The notes below the pieces were generated by a model. It was not told the origin of the DNA, searched no databases, and saw only the letters and a list, made by a program, of their open reading frames with translations. Below are positions 1 to 8,902 of a stretch of 64,000 nucleotides of DNA, piece after piece. The DNA is from Patescibacteria group bacterium (GTDB lineage Bacteria; Patescibacteriota; Minisyncoccia; Phycocordibacterales; UBA9973): positions 352 to 64,351 of the forward strand of contig JBBTYD010000002.1 of the NCBI GenBank assembly GCA_038061925.1. Reading direction: 5' to 3'. The translations under genes and the position numbers were made by a program. Numbering within the stretch: position 1 is the stretch's first letter; each line of letters begins with the position of its first letter.

Positions 1-502
1 TATCGATCTTTAAGAGTATTTAGCCTTAGCGGTTAGTTCCGCTGGATTCCCCCCGGCCATTCATGTCCTGGGGTACTCAAGAATAACAATAAAAGAGATA
101 AATTATTTTCGCTCACGGGACTATCACCCTCTATGGTGTCGCTTTCCAGCAACTTAAGCTAATAACTTATTTTTTGACTCTTCTAGAAAATCTACATTGT
201 CATCTTACAACCCTAAGAGTATTGCTACTCTCAGTTTGGGCTTCTTCCTTTTCGCTCGCCGCTACTGGGGAAATGCATATTTGTCTCTACTCCTCCTGGT
301 ACTGAGATGTTTCACTTCCCAGGGTCTGCTTTTTTATCATAAAGATAAAAATTGTTGAGGTGTACTCAACAGGGTTTCCCCATTCGGAAATCTCCGGATC
401 AAAGGTTGCTAAGCACCTCCCCGAAGCTTATCGCAGCAACGCCACGTCCTTCATCGCCTCTTAAAGTCAAGGCATCCACCGTACGCCCTTAAATTTCCTG
501 TT
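1..502 (-). rRNA. rrl: 23S rRNA, 5' portion (continues beyond window start)
   Basis: Reverse complement contains conserved 23S 5' motifs AAGGGCGTACGGTGGATGCC (471-490), TTTCCGAATGGGGAAACCC, GAAGTGAAACATCTCAGTACC and AGTAGCGGCGAGCGAA. 5' end estimated by analogy to E. coli. Confidence 0.97.
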
Positions 503-669
503 AAGAAATTTGAAAACCACAAAATTAAACAACTCTCTTTAACTTGTTTAAAAACTTGACCGCTCAAATTCTTTAAACAAAGAGAGTTTTTACTTATCTG
601 GGTTTTTGAAGACCCTTCTTACTACCCGATAAGTTTTTAATTTTCAATTTTCTAGCCTTACTGTAAAAG

Positions 670-726
670 AAAAAACCGCCTTTCGGGCGGCTAACAGACA
701 AAAGAAAGTCTGCAATTAAGGCCGCC
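670..726 (-). promoter_or_regulatory. Terminator/antiterminator-like structure in the 23S leader
   Basis: Minus strand CCGCC-CGAAA-GGCGG-TTTTTT (690-670). Upstream GGCGGC (726-721) can alternatively pair with GCCGCC (691-686). Confidence 0.5.
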
Positions 727-766
727 TTTTGAACTTGTTTCTTATCATATTCATACTGATAGAAAA

Positions 767-795
767 AGTATAATCGAAATCAAAAAAGATGTCAA
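767..795 (-). promoter_or_regulatory. Sigma70-type promoter for the 23S rRNA
   Basis: Minus strand TTGACA (795-790), 17-nt spacer, TATACT (772-767). No 16S or tRNA between it and the 23S. Confidence 0.85.
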
Positions 796-846
796 CTGGG
801 GACATCTTTTTTGCCAAAATACTCTAAGAAACTAAAGAGACTTATA

Positions 847-1539
847 TTATCTATGAGAAACTTCTTCACTAACCTTGGCGATAAATCGCGCCGCCGCATC
901 TCTGCCACCCAAACCGAAAGCTAGAGCGCCACCGATTGAGAGCATTGCAATTATGCCAGTGAAAAGGACGCTCATATAGTAATCAGCTACCCCAAGCTGC
1001 CCTAACGCAATGATGAAGGCAAATATCCAAATAGCATACTTCGCGATAGCGCCAAGCATATTGGCAGAAGTCAAGTTTATGGTTTTTGCGGAAGCGACCA
1101 CTGTTTTAGATAAACCTTCAGCCACAATTGAAGCAATTATTAAAACAAGAGCAGCCACGACAACTTTAGGCAAAAAACCCAATACGCCATTTTGCAAGAA
1201 ATCTTTTATACTATTCAAGCCAACCAAATCAAGCGAAGGAATAAGAAAAACAACAATCACAAACCATTTCACCACTTGTCCAATAAAGTATCCAGAATCG
1301 AGATCCATCCCCGCCTTTCTAAATAAATTGTCTACGCCAATAGATCTTAAAAGATTGTCTATTTTAAGAGAACGAAAAACTTGCTCCAGAGCTTTAGCGA
1401 TAATATTACCTAAAACCCAACCTATCGCAAAGAATATAACCGCGATGATAAGCTTCGGAGCAAACTGAATAAAACCCCACCATAAATTTTGAAGCGATGC
1501 GTTAAAAACATCACCCCATGAAAGCCAAATGTTATTCAT
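847..1539 (-). CDS. TM-helix repeat membrane protein (MscS/CmpX-like)
   Basis: Repeated F(A/L)PK..A motifs, multiple TM helices, C-terminal ALAFGLGGRD. Start taken at MNNIW. Confidence 0.75.
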   Translation of the reverse strand: MNNIWLSWGDVFNASLQNLWWGFIQFAPKLIIAVIFFAIGWVLGNIIAKALEQVFRSLKIDNLLRSIGVDNLFRKAGMDLDSGYFIGQVVKWFVIVVFLIPSLDLVGLNSIKDFLQNGVLGFLPKVVVAALVLIIASIVAEGLSKTVVASAKTINLTSANMLGAIAKYAIWIFAFIIALGQLGVADYYMSVLFTGIIAMLSIGGALAFGLGGRDAAARFIAKVSEEVSHR

Positions 1540-1614
1540 AATAGTAAAAAACATTAATTAATAAGACTTTTAAGTTTCGACCTTATAAAGTTCTAGCTAT
1601 TATTATACCAAATT

Positions 1615-2205
1615 CTAATTCTTTTTTAAAGCCTGTGTGGATAACTCCTTAACCTGCAAGAGAACCTCGTGGGGATAGTCTAAAATGTCTCGGACAAGCT
1701 TGTCATACATATTCAGCCTATAAATAAACTCTTGGGTCTCAAAAATAGCGTAAACAAGCTCCGTGCCAATTTCTGCTTCAAGTCTGCGAATTCCTTGTTC
1801 AATTTTGCCCCGTTTCATTTTATCCCCAACAATGAGCAAGTCCACTCGACTATCCTCATTTTTAATAAATACGCCAGAAACCACAATGAGTTTCACCTGT
1901 CCGACTTTTTTTAAATTATCTAAAATATTTTCTTTATTCAAATTATCCGATCGGACTAGCAGATCTTCAAATTCTCCCGCATATTTAAAAAGATAATTAA
2001 AATACCAATCTGATGAAGCTCTTCCTCGTTTTTTAATAAAATTGACAGAAGCTAAAAGCTTCAGTTCTCGGCGAACGATATCGGGACTTACTCGGCTTCT
2101 TTTGGCAATATCTTTACTCTCAAAACCCTTGCCTTTATTGAACAAAAAAAGCCTCATTATTTTTACCCTGGCTCCATTTCCTAATATTTTCCCTAGAATT
2201 TCCAT
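1615..2205 (-). CDS. Conserved hypothetical protein, N-terminal ArsR-like wHTH plus nucleotidyltransferase-like domain
   Basis: N-terminal ARVKIMRLF..DIAKRS..VRRELKLL and C-terminal SGVF..SRVDLLIVGD. Start at MEIL, 6 nt after TACAAT. Confidence 0.65.
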   Translation of the reverse strand: MEILGKILGNGARVKIMRLFLFNKGKGFESKDIAKRSRVSPDIVRRELKLLASVNFIKKRGRASSDWYFNYLFKYAGEFEDLLVRSDNLNKENILDNLKKVGQVKLIVVSGVFIKNEDSRVDLLIVGDKMKRGKIEQGIRRLEAEIGTELVYAIFETQEFIYRLNMYDKLVRDILDYPHEVLLQVKELSTQALKKN

Positions 2206-2242
2206 CCACCTATTGTAATGCTTTTTCAAGAAAAAACAAGCA

Positions 2243-2271
2243 AAAAAACGGAAGCAAGGCTTCCGTTTTTT
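2243..2271. repeat. Palindromic repeat ACGGAAGC-AAG-GCTTCCGT, copy A
   Basis: Perfect hairpin with A/T tails. Same core at 2290-2330 and 3583-3619 in the opposite orientation. Confidence 0.85.
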
Positions 2272-2289
2272 CTATGTTAATGACTACTT

Positions 2290-2330
2290 GAACAAGAAAA
2301 ACGGAAGCCTTGCTTCCGTTTTTCTTGTTC
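2290..2330. repeat. Palindromic repeat ACGGAAGC-CTT-GCTTCCGT, copy B (possible rplL terminator)
   Basis: 19-bp perfect arms GAACAAGAAAAACGGAAGC / GCTTCCGTTTTTCTTGTTC. Confidence 0.85.
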
Positions 2331-2369
2331 TTTATTTCAGCAAGGACTACCCTTGCTGGGTTTTCTGGG

Positions 2370-2738
2370 TTATTTTAATTCAATCTTCCCACCGGCCGCT
2401 TCTATTTTTTTCTTTAAGTCATTAGCCTCCTCTTTCTTCATTCCCGCCTTAAGAGTCGAAGGAGCGGCATCAACCAAATCTTTAGCATCTTTCAAACCTA
2501 GACCCAAGGCTTCTTTGACGATTTTCATTACCGCTATTTTCTGCTCACCAGCGGAAGTAAGCATCACAGTATAAGCAGCTTGTTCCTCTGCGGCGGAAGC
2601 CGCTCCGGCGCCAGCGGGAGTGGCCGCCACCGCGGCGGCGGATACTCCAAATTTTTCCTCAATAGCCTTTACCAGCTCGTTTAATTCCAAGACTGAGGCG
2701 CCTTCAAGATCTTTCATAAACACATCAAATTTTGACAT
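2370..2738 (-). CDS. rplL: 50S ribosomal protein L7/L12
   Basis: [55 protein letters not shown]. Confidence 0.98.
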   Translation of the reverse strand: MSKFDVFMKDLEGASVLELNELVKAIEEKFGVSAAAVAATPAGAGAASAAEEQAAYTVMLTSAGEQKIAVMKIVKEALGLGLKDAKDLVDAAPSTLKAGMKKEEANDLKKKIEAAGGKIELK

Positions 2739-2789
2739 AATTTTTGTTGCCAGATAGAGGTTTAGCCTCTATCTGGCTTTAGTTAATAA

Positions 2790-3290
2790 TTATACTTTTC
2801 CTTTCGCTACTTCATTCACCGCGATAGCCAAACGTTGCATCGGACTCTGGAGCAAGAACGCCAATTTTGAAAGTAACACTTCCCTTGTCGGTATCATCGC
2901 TAACTCCATCATCTTGCCACTCTCAATAAATTTACCTTCGAAAATTCCACCTAAAATATTTAAAATTCCTTTGTGGGTTTTTTGGAAATTATAGATTTCT
3001 CTCGGAGTTGTTGTGGCATCTTTAGAGCCTGCCTGCGCAGGCAGGTAGGCGATAGCGACTTCCCCGGCCAGTTCCGGAATTTCACCTTCCGCTTTCCCTT
3101 TTAACGCGCGAACCAGAAGCGTCTTTCTGGAAACTTTATACCCAACCTTTTCTTTTCGAAGATTTCGACGCAAGATTGTTTCATCACTTACTTTCAAACC
3201 GTGGAAATTCACAAAAACAAGAGATTCAGATCCCTTGATTGTTTCCTCTAAGTCTTTTATTATCTCTTCTTTTTTTGATTTTTGTAACAT
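2790..3290 (-). CDS. rplJ: 50S ribosomal protein L10
   Basis: VFVNFHGLKV..LRRNLR..YKVSRKTL..ILGGIFEG..LAMIPTREVLL; directly upstream of rplL. Confidence 0.96.
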   Translation of the reverse strand: MLQKSKKEEIIKDLEETIKGSESLVFVNFHGLKVSDETILRRNLRKEKVGYKVSRKTLLVRALKGKAEGEIPELAGEVAIAYLPAQAGSKDATTTPREIYNFQKTHKGILNILGGIFEGKFIESGKMMELAMIPTREVLLSKLAFLLQSPMQRLAIAVNEVAKGKV

Positions 3291-3444
3291 AGGTGATTTT
3301 TAATTGTTTCTACTAAAAAACAAAAAACGGCTTTCGCCGCAAGTTTCACCCTCCAATATCAAGGACTCTCCTTGATATTTTGAGATATCGACCCACTAAA
3401 TAGGACTTACTTCGCCTGTTGCCTACTTTCTTTGCGGTAGGTAG

Positions 3445-3472
3445 ACTATAGCACAGTTATGTTACTTTGCAA
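3445..3472 (-). promoter_or_regulatory. Probable rplJL promoter
   Basis: Minus strand TTGCAA, 16 nt, TATAGT with a TGn extension. Confidence 0.5.
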
Positions 3473-3560
3473 AATGAATCACCAAGAAAACCCCAGTAAG
3501 CCCTAAGGCTATCATCAGTATAAAAATAATCAACGTCTTAAAAAAATGTTTTGTTATCAT
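3462..3560 (-). CDS. Small single-TM peptide (32 aa, not in ORF track)
   Basis: Read directly: MITKHFFKTLIIFILMIALGLTGVFLVIHFAK*. TATAAT lies a few nt upstream of the ATG. Confidence 0.6.
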   Translation of the reverse strand: MITKHFFKTLIIFILMIALGLTGVFLVIHFAK

Positions 3561-3582
3561 AATTTTATTATATCATACCATT

Positions 3583-3619
3583 AATAGAAAAACGGAAGCC
3601 TTGCTTCCGTTTTTCTATT
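3583..3619. repeat. Palindromic repeat ACGGAAGC-CTT-GCTTCCGT, copy C
   Basis: 17-bp perfect arms AATAGAAAAACGGAAGC / GCTTCCGTTTTTCTATT. Confidence 0.85.
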
Positions 3620-3620
3620 T

Positions 3621-3842
3621 TTATCGGTACCCGTTCAGCCACAAGATAATAGCCAGAATAACCAAAACCAAAATAAAAGAATGATAAATATCCCAATGAG
3701 AATATATGTTTTTTTTCTTTAAAAAATTTGAAAACATCGAACTGCCTTCTATAAAAATAAGAAAGGGAAAAATAGCGATGAAATACCAAATTTTAAAAAA
3801 AAATGCAAACATAAGTTTAGTGTCAAAGTGTCTCTTTGACAC
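3621..3842 (-). CDS. Small membrane protein
   Basis: Two hydrophobic segments; starts 3 nt after the upstream stop. Confidence 0.55.
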   Translation of the reverse strand: MSKRHFDTKLMFAFFFKIWYFIAIFPFLIFIEGSSMFSNFLKKKNIYSHWDIYHSFILVLVILAIILWLNGYR

Positions 3843-3845
3843 AAG

Positions 3846-4301
3846 TTATTTCTGAATTAAAATTGTGGCAATATTCTGAGATGTGTCACAATCCACTAGC
3901 CAGGTAGCTGGCAACTTTGCGCTAGAGAGCTTGATTATCTTAAAACCCCAAGCTTTTATATTAAAGACAAAACCGACTTTCACTGTGCGATCGACAGGCG
4001 CGCGGTTATCTAGCATAATAGAAGTATTGTTTTTGTAAGTGACATTATTTGGACTGGCTTGACATATATTATTAAGCTGAATGCGGGCATCTTTATACTT
4101 TACCAAAGCTTGCGCGTAAGTAATTGATGTAGGCGCATTAGCATTAACACTGCCAACGCTTGTATCCTCGGTGGGAATCACTTCCTGACCGTTTTTTGTG
4201 TTATCCGTTACAATTGGAGCAGGATTTTTATTCAGTGACCAAAGCGCAAAACCAACCAGAGCTAAAACCACAATCAGTTCAATAATTAGTTTGTCTTTCA
4301 T
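3846..4301 (-). CDS. Membrane-anchored hypothetical protein
   Basis: N-terminal TM helix, low-complexity linker, beta-rich C-terminal domain with a Cys pair. Confidence 0.7.
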   Translation of the reverse strand: MKDKLIIELIVVLALVGFALWSLNKNPAPIVTDNTKNGQEVIPTEDTSVGSVNANAPTSITYAQALVKYKDARIQLNNICQASPNNVTYKNNTSIMLDNRAPVDRTVKVGFVFNIKAWGFKIIKLSSAKLPATWLVDCDTSQNIATILIQK

Positions 4302-4422
4302 CCCGTTTAGAAATTACACTATCCGTACTTATATTTTTATAAATAAAGACGGTTAATTTTTAATATTTTTATAATAGTATAGTTTTTATATTATATCAAA
4401 TTTTCAGACAATAGCAAAAAAG

Positions 4423-4450
4423 CAAAAACCAGCCAAAAAGCTGGTTTTTG
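4423..4450 (-). terminator. Intrinsic terminator
   Basis: CAAAAACCAGC-CAAAAA-GCTGGTTTTTG downstream of 4481-5587. Confidence 0.6.
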
Positions 4451-4480
4451 AGAACCACAAATTCACCTCTCTCCTATTTC

Positions 4481-5587
4481 CTACTGAGCGTTCATCAGAG
4501 CTTTTGTTTTCTTTCCAACGAGACCGTCAGCCACTAGACCGTTATCCTTCTGCCATTGTTTTATGACTTTAATGGTCTTTGGACCCAGTTTACCGTCAAC
4601 TACCAAGCCAAGATTCAATTTATCATTCAAGAATCTTTGTAGTTCTTTAACCGGCTCGCCCTTGCTCCCATTTTTGAGAGTGGTGGCGCCGAAGTTATAC
4701 ACTCCGGTAGTGGTAGAAGAAGGCGCTGAAGTATTTCCTACACACGACGCTCCATTAGCCGTACTAAAGCCACTAATTCTATTTCCACATCCTGGAATTT
4801 GAGGACCCGTATTGTTAACACATAATACTCCAGTTGAAGTATTGTACTTATTTCCACCAGAACATCCTTGCGTAGGAGGAAGTGGAACCACTACCTCCGT
4901 TCCGCTTCCTGCAACAGTGATGGTGTCTGAGACAGCCATTGACATATTGCCGGCAGCATCCCGGAACTTAGCATAAACTGTCTTTACTCCATCTCCTGAG
5001 ACAAGCGTCCAAGTTTTGCTCGTCGCATAAGTCTCCCATAATGCTCCAGCAAAACCAGCGTCATTTGAGATAAGCATTTGAGTAGCGTCTGTGGCAGAGA
5101 GAGTCAAAGTTGAAGTAAGTACAGCACTTGTCGTTGCTCCAGCATTGATACTGACTGAAGTATTAGTAGGTGCTGTTGTATCTGCAGGTGGAGTAGCCGC
5201 ATATCCTCCGCCTCCGCTGCCGCCTCCTCCGCTAGTTATCGCTCCACAAGCAGTCGTAGAGGGAGTGACCGTCACATCTAAGCTAGCGGTAATAATGAGC
5301 TTGCTTTCTCCATTTGTACAAGTAGCGGTCAAGCTTCCGTTGTTAGTAAGAGTGTGCCTATTTGGAGAAATGAGAGTAAAGGTAGCTGATGCCGGAGTAA
5401 CTACCTGTAAGGTCGTAGTATCCAGCACGATTGATGTCGCTTCTGAACCGCTTAAAATGGTGTAATTATTGCCGTTGATTGTGATTACCACATCAGCGCT
5501 ATAAGTCAAAGCAAAAGCAGAATTGGCTACACCAACAAAGAGAGATAAGACAGCTATCAGTAAACCTAATTTTAATTTTTTAATCAT
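4481..5587 (-). CDS. Secreted cell-surface protein with Ig-like domain and C-terminal peptidoglycan-binding domain
   Basis: Signal peptide MIKKLKLGLL..AFA; DTTAP..GDGVKTVYAKFRDAAGN Ig-like segment; LKNGSKGEPVKELQRFL..DGKLGPKT..WQKDNGLVADGLVG. Confidence 0.85.
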   Translation of the reverse strand: MIKKLKLGLLIAVLSLFVGVANSAFALTYSADVVITINGNNYTILSGSEATSIVLDTTTLQVVTPASATFTLISPNRHTLTNNGSLTATCTNGESKLIITASLDVTVTPSTTACGAITSGGGGSGGGGYAATPPADTTAPTNTSVSINAGATTSAVLTSTLTLSATDATQMLISNDAGFAGALWETYATSKTWTLVSGDGVKTVYAKFRDAAGNMSMAVSDTITVAGSGTEVVVPLPPTQGCSGGNKYNTSTGVLCVNNTGPQIPGCGNRISGFSTANGASCVGNTSAPSSTTTGVYNFGATTLKNGSKGEPVKELQRFLNDKLNLGLVVDGKLGPKTIKVIKQWQKDNGLVADGLVGKKTKALMNAQ

Positions 5588-5716
5588 TTTGTTTTTAAGA
5601 TTATATATACGGGATTCGACCTCCCGCCTACGCCGAGGCTTCGGCGAGGCAAGCAAGATAATCTCTAAATCCCGCATATTTTTTGTTAATAATTTAAGAC
5701 TTAAGAAACAAAATAA

Positions 5717-7324
5717 TTATGCACAAGTAATGGCACCTGTTGTATCGGCGCCACTTGCGCCAATGAACCACTTTGTACCATTTGAACGAAGTTCAATAAA
5801 GTCACCGACATCTTCTGCAGTAGCAACAATAGTTAAGACAGTCGCGGCGGCACAAGAAACATCTAGTGCGGTAACCTTAAGAGTACCCTCAATAACTGCT
5901 GTAGCTGCTGTTATAGTTGCGTTAGTTGTGACATCAGCTGCTACGACGAATCTATACACAACACCGTTAGAAGTAGCTACGGCAGGAAGAGTAATAACTG
6001 GAGCAGTAGCTAGATAGAAAGTTCTACCACTCATGGCAGCCGTTAATGCCTGCGTACCAGTAACTGCCAAGGTATCTTCAAAGTAACGCACACCACTAAC
6101 TATATTACCAATAGTGATTACCTCTGTACCTGAACCGGTAGGAGTGCCTGTACCGATGTTGATAACTTTTCCACCTGCAAGAGTCGTAGCTCCTGTACCG
6201 ATGTTAATAGTGGCAACACCTGTAGTGTTTGCACCGTCGCCAATGTTAACAGTTTTTGAACCTGCGCCTGAAGTAAGTCCTGAACCAATGTTTACAGTAT
6301 TCGCTACTGCAGTGTTTGCCGCCGCAATATTTACAACATTAGCGCCTGCTGTGCCACCAGCAATCGTAACAGTAGATAGACCAGCGCCACCACCAATAAC
6401 AACTGTTTGTGTACCAGAAGATGAACCAAGAGTAATATCGCCTGTTCCATCTGATTTACCAATTACAATAGTATTGCCAACTACTCCCGGATCTAGAGCA
6501 ATAGCTCCACGAATAGTAGTAGCGCCAGTTTGCGCAGCGCTTCCGATTGTTATCGCAGAAGTGGCTGCACCGGATGTTCCAAGAGTTACGGTAGAAACAC
6601 CTGAAGTAGAGGCAAGCGCAACTGTTTGTGCGCCAGTACCACGACCGAATGTCATTGTGCCGACATGAAGGCCTGTACCACCAAAGGTGATTGTGCCTGT
6701 GGTCATTAGAGTACCAGCGGTGATTGAACCGGCTAGTTGCGCATTACCGATAGTTACAACATTAGCGGCTGTGCCACCAGCAATTTGCACTGTTGAAACA
6801 CCAGCGCCACCACCAAGTATTAGAGTTTGATCTCCAGATGAAGATCCAACTGTGATATTGCCTGTTCCTGCCGTACCACCGATAATGGTTACACCCGAAG
6901 TGTTGCCAGTCCCAATGTTAATAGTTTTAACCGCAGCGCCTTGAGCGACATTGACTGTCTGGTCAGCTGAAGATGTACCAAGGCTGACAGCGCCAGTTCC
7001 AGCGGCTGCGCCGAGCACAAGAGTGCCGGCAGTACCCGGGGTCAAAGAAAGACCAGCCGCTACGCCAACACCAGTATCAGTACCACCATAAATAATAGTA
7101 CTTCCACCAACCTGACTAGCATTACCAATTGTAATATCACCAGTTGTAGCCGTCGTCGCAAAACCCATTGCCGAACCGACTGCGCCGGTGATTGTCAGCG
7201 CGCCGGTTTCAGTGAGCACATTTGCACCGATAGTAAAAGACGCGAGTGTTTGCACTGCTCCAACTCCCGCGATAAGAGATAAAGCAACAAATCCTAAACC
7301 TAAACCTTTAAATATATTTTTCAT
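5717..7324 (-). CDS. Secreted Gly/Thr/Ala-rich repetitive surface or fibre protein
   Basis: Signal peptide; internal repeats GTG(N/D)IT(V/L)GSSSG.QT...GGGAG.STV.IAGGTA; C-terminal ITLPA..GVVYRF..IELRSNGTKWF. Confidence 0.8.
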   Translation of the reverse strand: MKNIFKGLGLGFVALSLIAGVGAVQTLASFTIGANVLTETGALTITGAVGSAMGFATTATTGDITIGNASQVGGSTIIYGGTDTGVGVAAGLSLTPGTAGTLVLGAAAGTGAVSLGTSSADQTVNVAQGAAVKTINIGTGNTSGVTIIGGTAGTGNITVGSSSGDQTLILGGGAGVSTVQIAGGTAANVVTIGNAQLAGSITAGTLMTTGTITFGGTGLHVGTMTFGRGTGAQTVALASTSGVSTVTLGTSGAATSAITIGSAAQTGATTIRGAIALDPGVVGNTIVIGKSDGTGDITLGSSSGTQTVVIGGGAGLSTVTIAGGTAGANVVNIAAANTAVANTVNIGSGLTSGAGSKTVNIGDGANTTGVATINIGTGATTLAGGKVINIGTGTPTGSGTEVITIGNIVSGVRYFEDTLAVTGTQALTAAMSGRTFYLATAPVITLPAVATSNGVVYRFVVAADVTTNATITAATAVIEGTLKVTALDVSCAAATVLTIVATAEDVGDFIELRSNGTKWFIGASGADTTGAITCA

Positions 7325-7551
7325 ATTCTAATAATTTTATCCCACTTTGCCAAAGCTTCGCGGGACGAGCTAATAATAAATAAACCTGATAATGATAATA
7401 ATTTTCCTCAATTGCCTAATAGTGCCCTTAAGGAAATGCACTGTTAGATAATTCAAGATGACAAAAAAGTATTCGACACTTTAATGCGTTATTAATTATA
7501 CAACAAAGAAAAATATTAGAACACAATAGAAAGTGGGGATAACTCCCAAAC

Positions 7552-7582
7552 TAGGGGCTAGGAGCTAGGAGCTAGGAGCTAG
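7552..7582. repeat. Short tandem repeat (CTAGGAG)n
   Basis: ctagggg-ctaggag-ctaggag-ctaggag-cta. Confidence 0.8.
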
Positions 7583-7592
7583 AAAAAAATGA

Positions 7593-7760
7593 TTATTTGT
7601 CTTTTATTTTACAATAACCGTTCTTACATATACTATTTTTAATTCGTTTGACATCTTTTGTACCTATAAAATCCTCCAAACGTTTCTTTAATTTATCACA
7701 CACAAAACAGCTTTTTTGAAAATGTTCGATGGAAAGCTCATAAAGATGTCCTAAATCCTG
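7593..7760 (-). pseudogene. 3' remnant of an unidentified small gene
   Basis: Open frame QDLGHLYELSIEHFQKSCFVCDKLKKRLEDFIGTKDVKRIKNSICKNGYCKIKDK* without its own start; joined out of frame to the hicA fragment. Confidence 0.4.
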
Positions 7761-7837
7761 GAGATAATAAAACCATGAGATTCAAAGAACTTTACTATTT
7801 CAGACCCAGAAATGCTAGTTTTTATCTTATTAGGCAT
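7751..7837 (-). pseudogene. hicA: Truncated HicA-family toxin
   Basis: MPNKIKTSISGSEIVKFFESHGFIISRI*: HicA-like N-terminus that overlaps the hicB stop and ends before the GSH catalytic motif. Confidence 0.7.
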
Positions 7838-8060
7838 ATGACGGGGTATGGAACTCGAAACTTGCAACCACTCCTGGATTTTTAACAAATTCATTTTCAA
7901 CTTCATCCACCATTTCTTCTAAATACAAAGAAACAGCTTCTCCAATGTTCTTTTCAAGTTCCTCAAAAGTTTTGCCGTCAGTTACAATAGGAGCATTCAA
8001 TCCAGAAGCAACATACATACCATCTTCATTTGTAATAGAAAACTGTATAACCTTTTTCAT
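7830..8060 (-). CDS. hicB: Short HicB-family antitoxin
   Basis: EDGMYVAS..IVTDGKTFEELEKNIGEAVSLYLE partial RNase H fold signature. Confidence 0.8.
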   Translation of the reverse strand: MKKVIQFSITNEDGMYVASGLNAPIVTDGKTFEELEKNIGEAVSLYLEEMVDEVENEFVKNPGVVASFEFHTPSYA

Positions 8061-8135
8061 ATTTTAAGTATAACATATTACTAGTCCCTAGCAACTAGCT
8101 AGAAAGAGCCTAAGACTCTATCCAGAAGCACCTAA

Positions 8136-8492
8136 TTATTTCCCTTGCGCTGTCAGAGTTTCAGCAATTTTGCTGGTTGCTAGAAGCGGACCATAAAAGA
8201 CAACGTTGTCCTTTATGAGATGCATAGTCTCCGGCGCCCAAAGAGCGTCTTTTATTGGATTAAGAGTAAAATTACTCTTAGTTTCATCAGTTTCATCTTT
8301 GACAACTTGCAAAATATAGCCGTTTGAAAGCCTCATATCAGGAAAAGTTGTTAATTTACCAACATATACTTCTCCGGTTGTCATATATACGACAGAATAA
8401 ACATTGTTTTTATTTGCTTTATTCACCCAAAAACCAACTCCCACCACAACCAAAACCACTAGAGCTACTATTACGATATTTTTTTTTGACAT
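8136..8492 (-). CDS. Membrane-anchored conserved hypothetical protein
   Basis: N-terminal TM; YSVVYMTTGEVYVGKL..NVVFYGPL..SKIA. Confidence 0.75.
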   Translation of the reverse strand: MSKKNIVIVALVVLVVVGVGFWVNKANKNNVYSVVYMTTGEVYVGKLTTFPDMRLSNGYILQVVKDETDETKSNFTLNPIKDALWAPETMHLIKDNVVFYGPLLATSKIAETLTAQGK

Positions 8493-8533
8493 ACATTTTT
8501 TGATTATTATTTATAATAATAATATGACTTATT

Positions 8534-8827
8534 TTATTTTAAGTTTTTCTTTTCTAAAAAATCTACTCTGGATTTTAATTTATCATGGTCTTCATATTTA
8601 ACCCTATTTAATGACATATCATCGAGCCTTCTATTTACACCACCAATATGATAAATCAAATTATTTTCAATCCTAGCCATATTTCTACCTACTTCTTCAA
8701 ATCCTTTGGCTGTAGATATAGCCAATTTTTCAATATCACCCTTATTGTCCTCAAAACCTTTAGCAACCATCATCGCTAATTTATCAATTGTCATCTTTTT
8801 AGTTTTTACTTCTTTTTTCTTAATCAT
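8534..8827 (-). CDS. Small coiled-coil protein
   Basis: Duplicated I(D/E)KLA...AKGFE motif; C-terminal RVDFLEKK heptads. Confidence 0.7.
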   Translation of the reverse strand: MIKKKEVKTKKMTIDKLAMMVAKGFEDNKGDIEKLAISTAKGFEEVGRNMARIENNLIYHIGGVNRRLDDMSLNRVKYEDHDKLKSRVDFLEKKNLK

Positions 8828-8902
8828 ATTATTTTATCTTTTTTAGACTTTATAACATTAAAAACTTGATTACTTTATAACTAATCTTCCCAGTATATCA
8901 AA

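Noticed and set aside
503-760. tRNA in the rRNA leader
   Set aside because: No cloverleaf or TTCGA T-loop seen; I recognised no tRNA anywhere in the window.
3300-3445. L10 leader RNA
   Set aside because: The position fits and hairpins exist, but I could not match the consensus by eye; it needs a covariance-model search.
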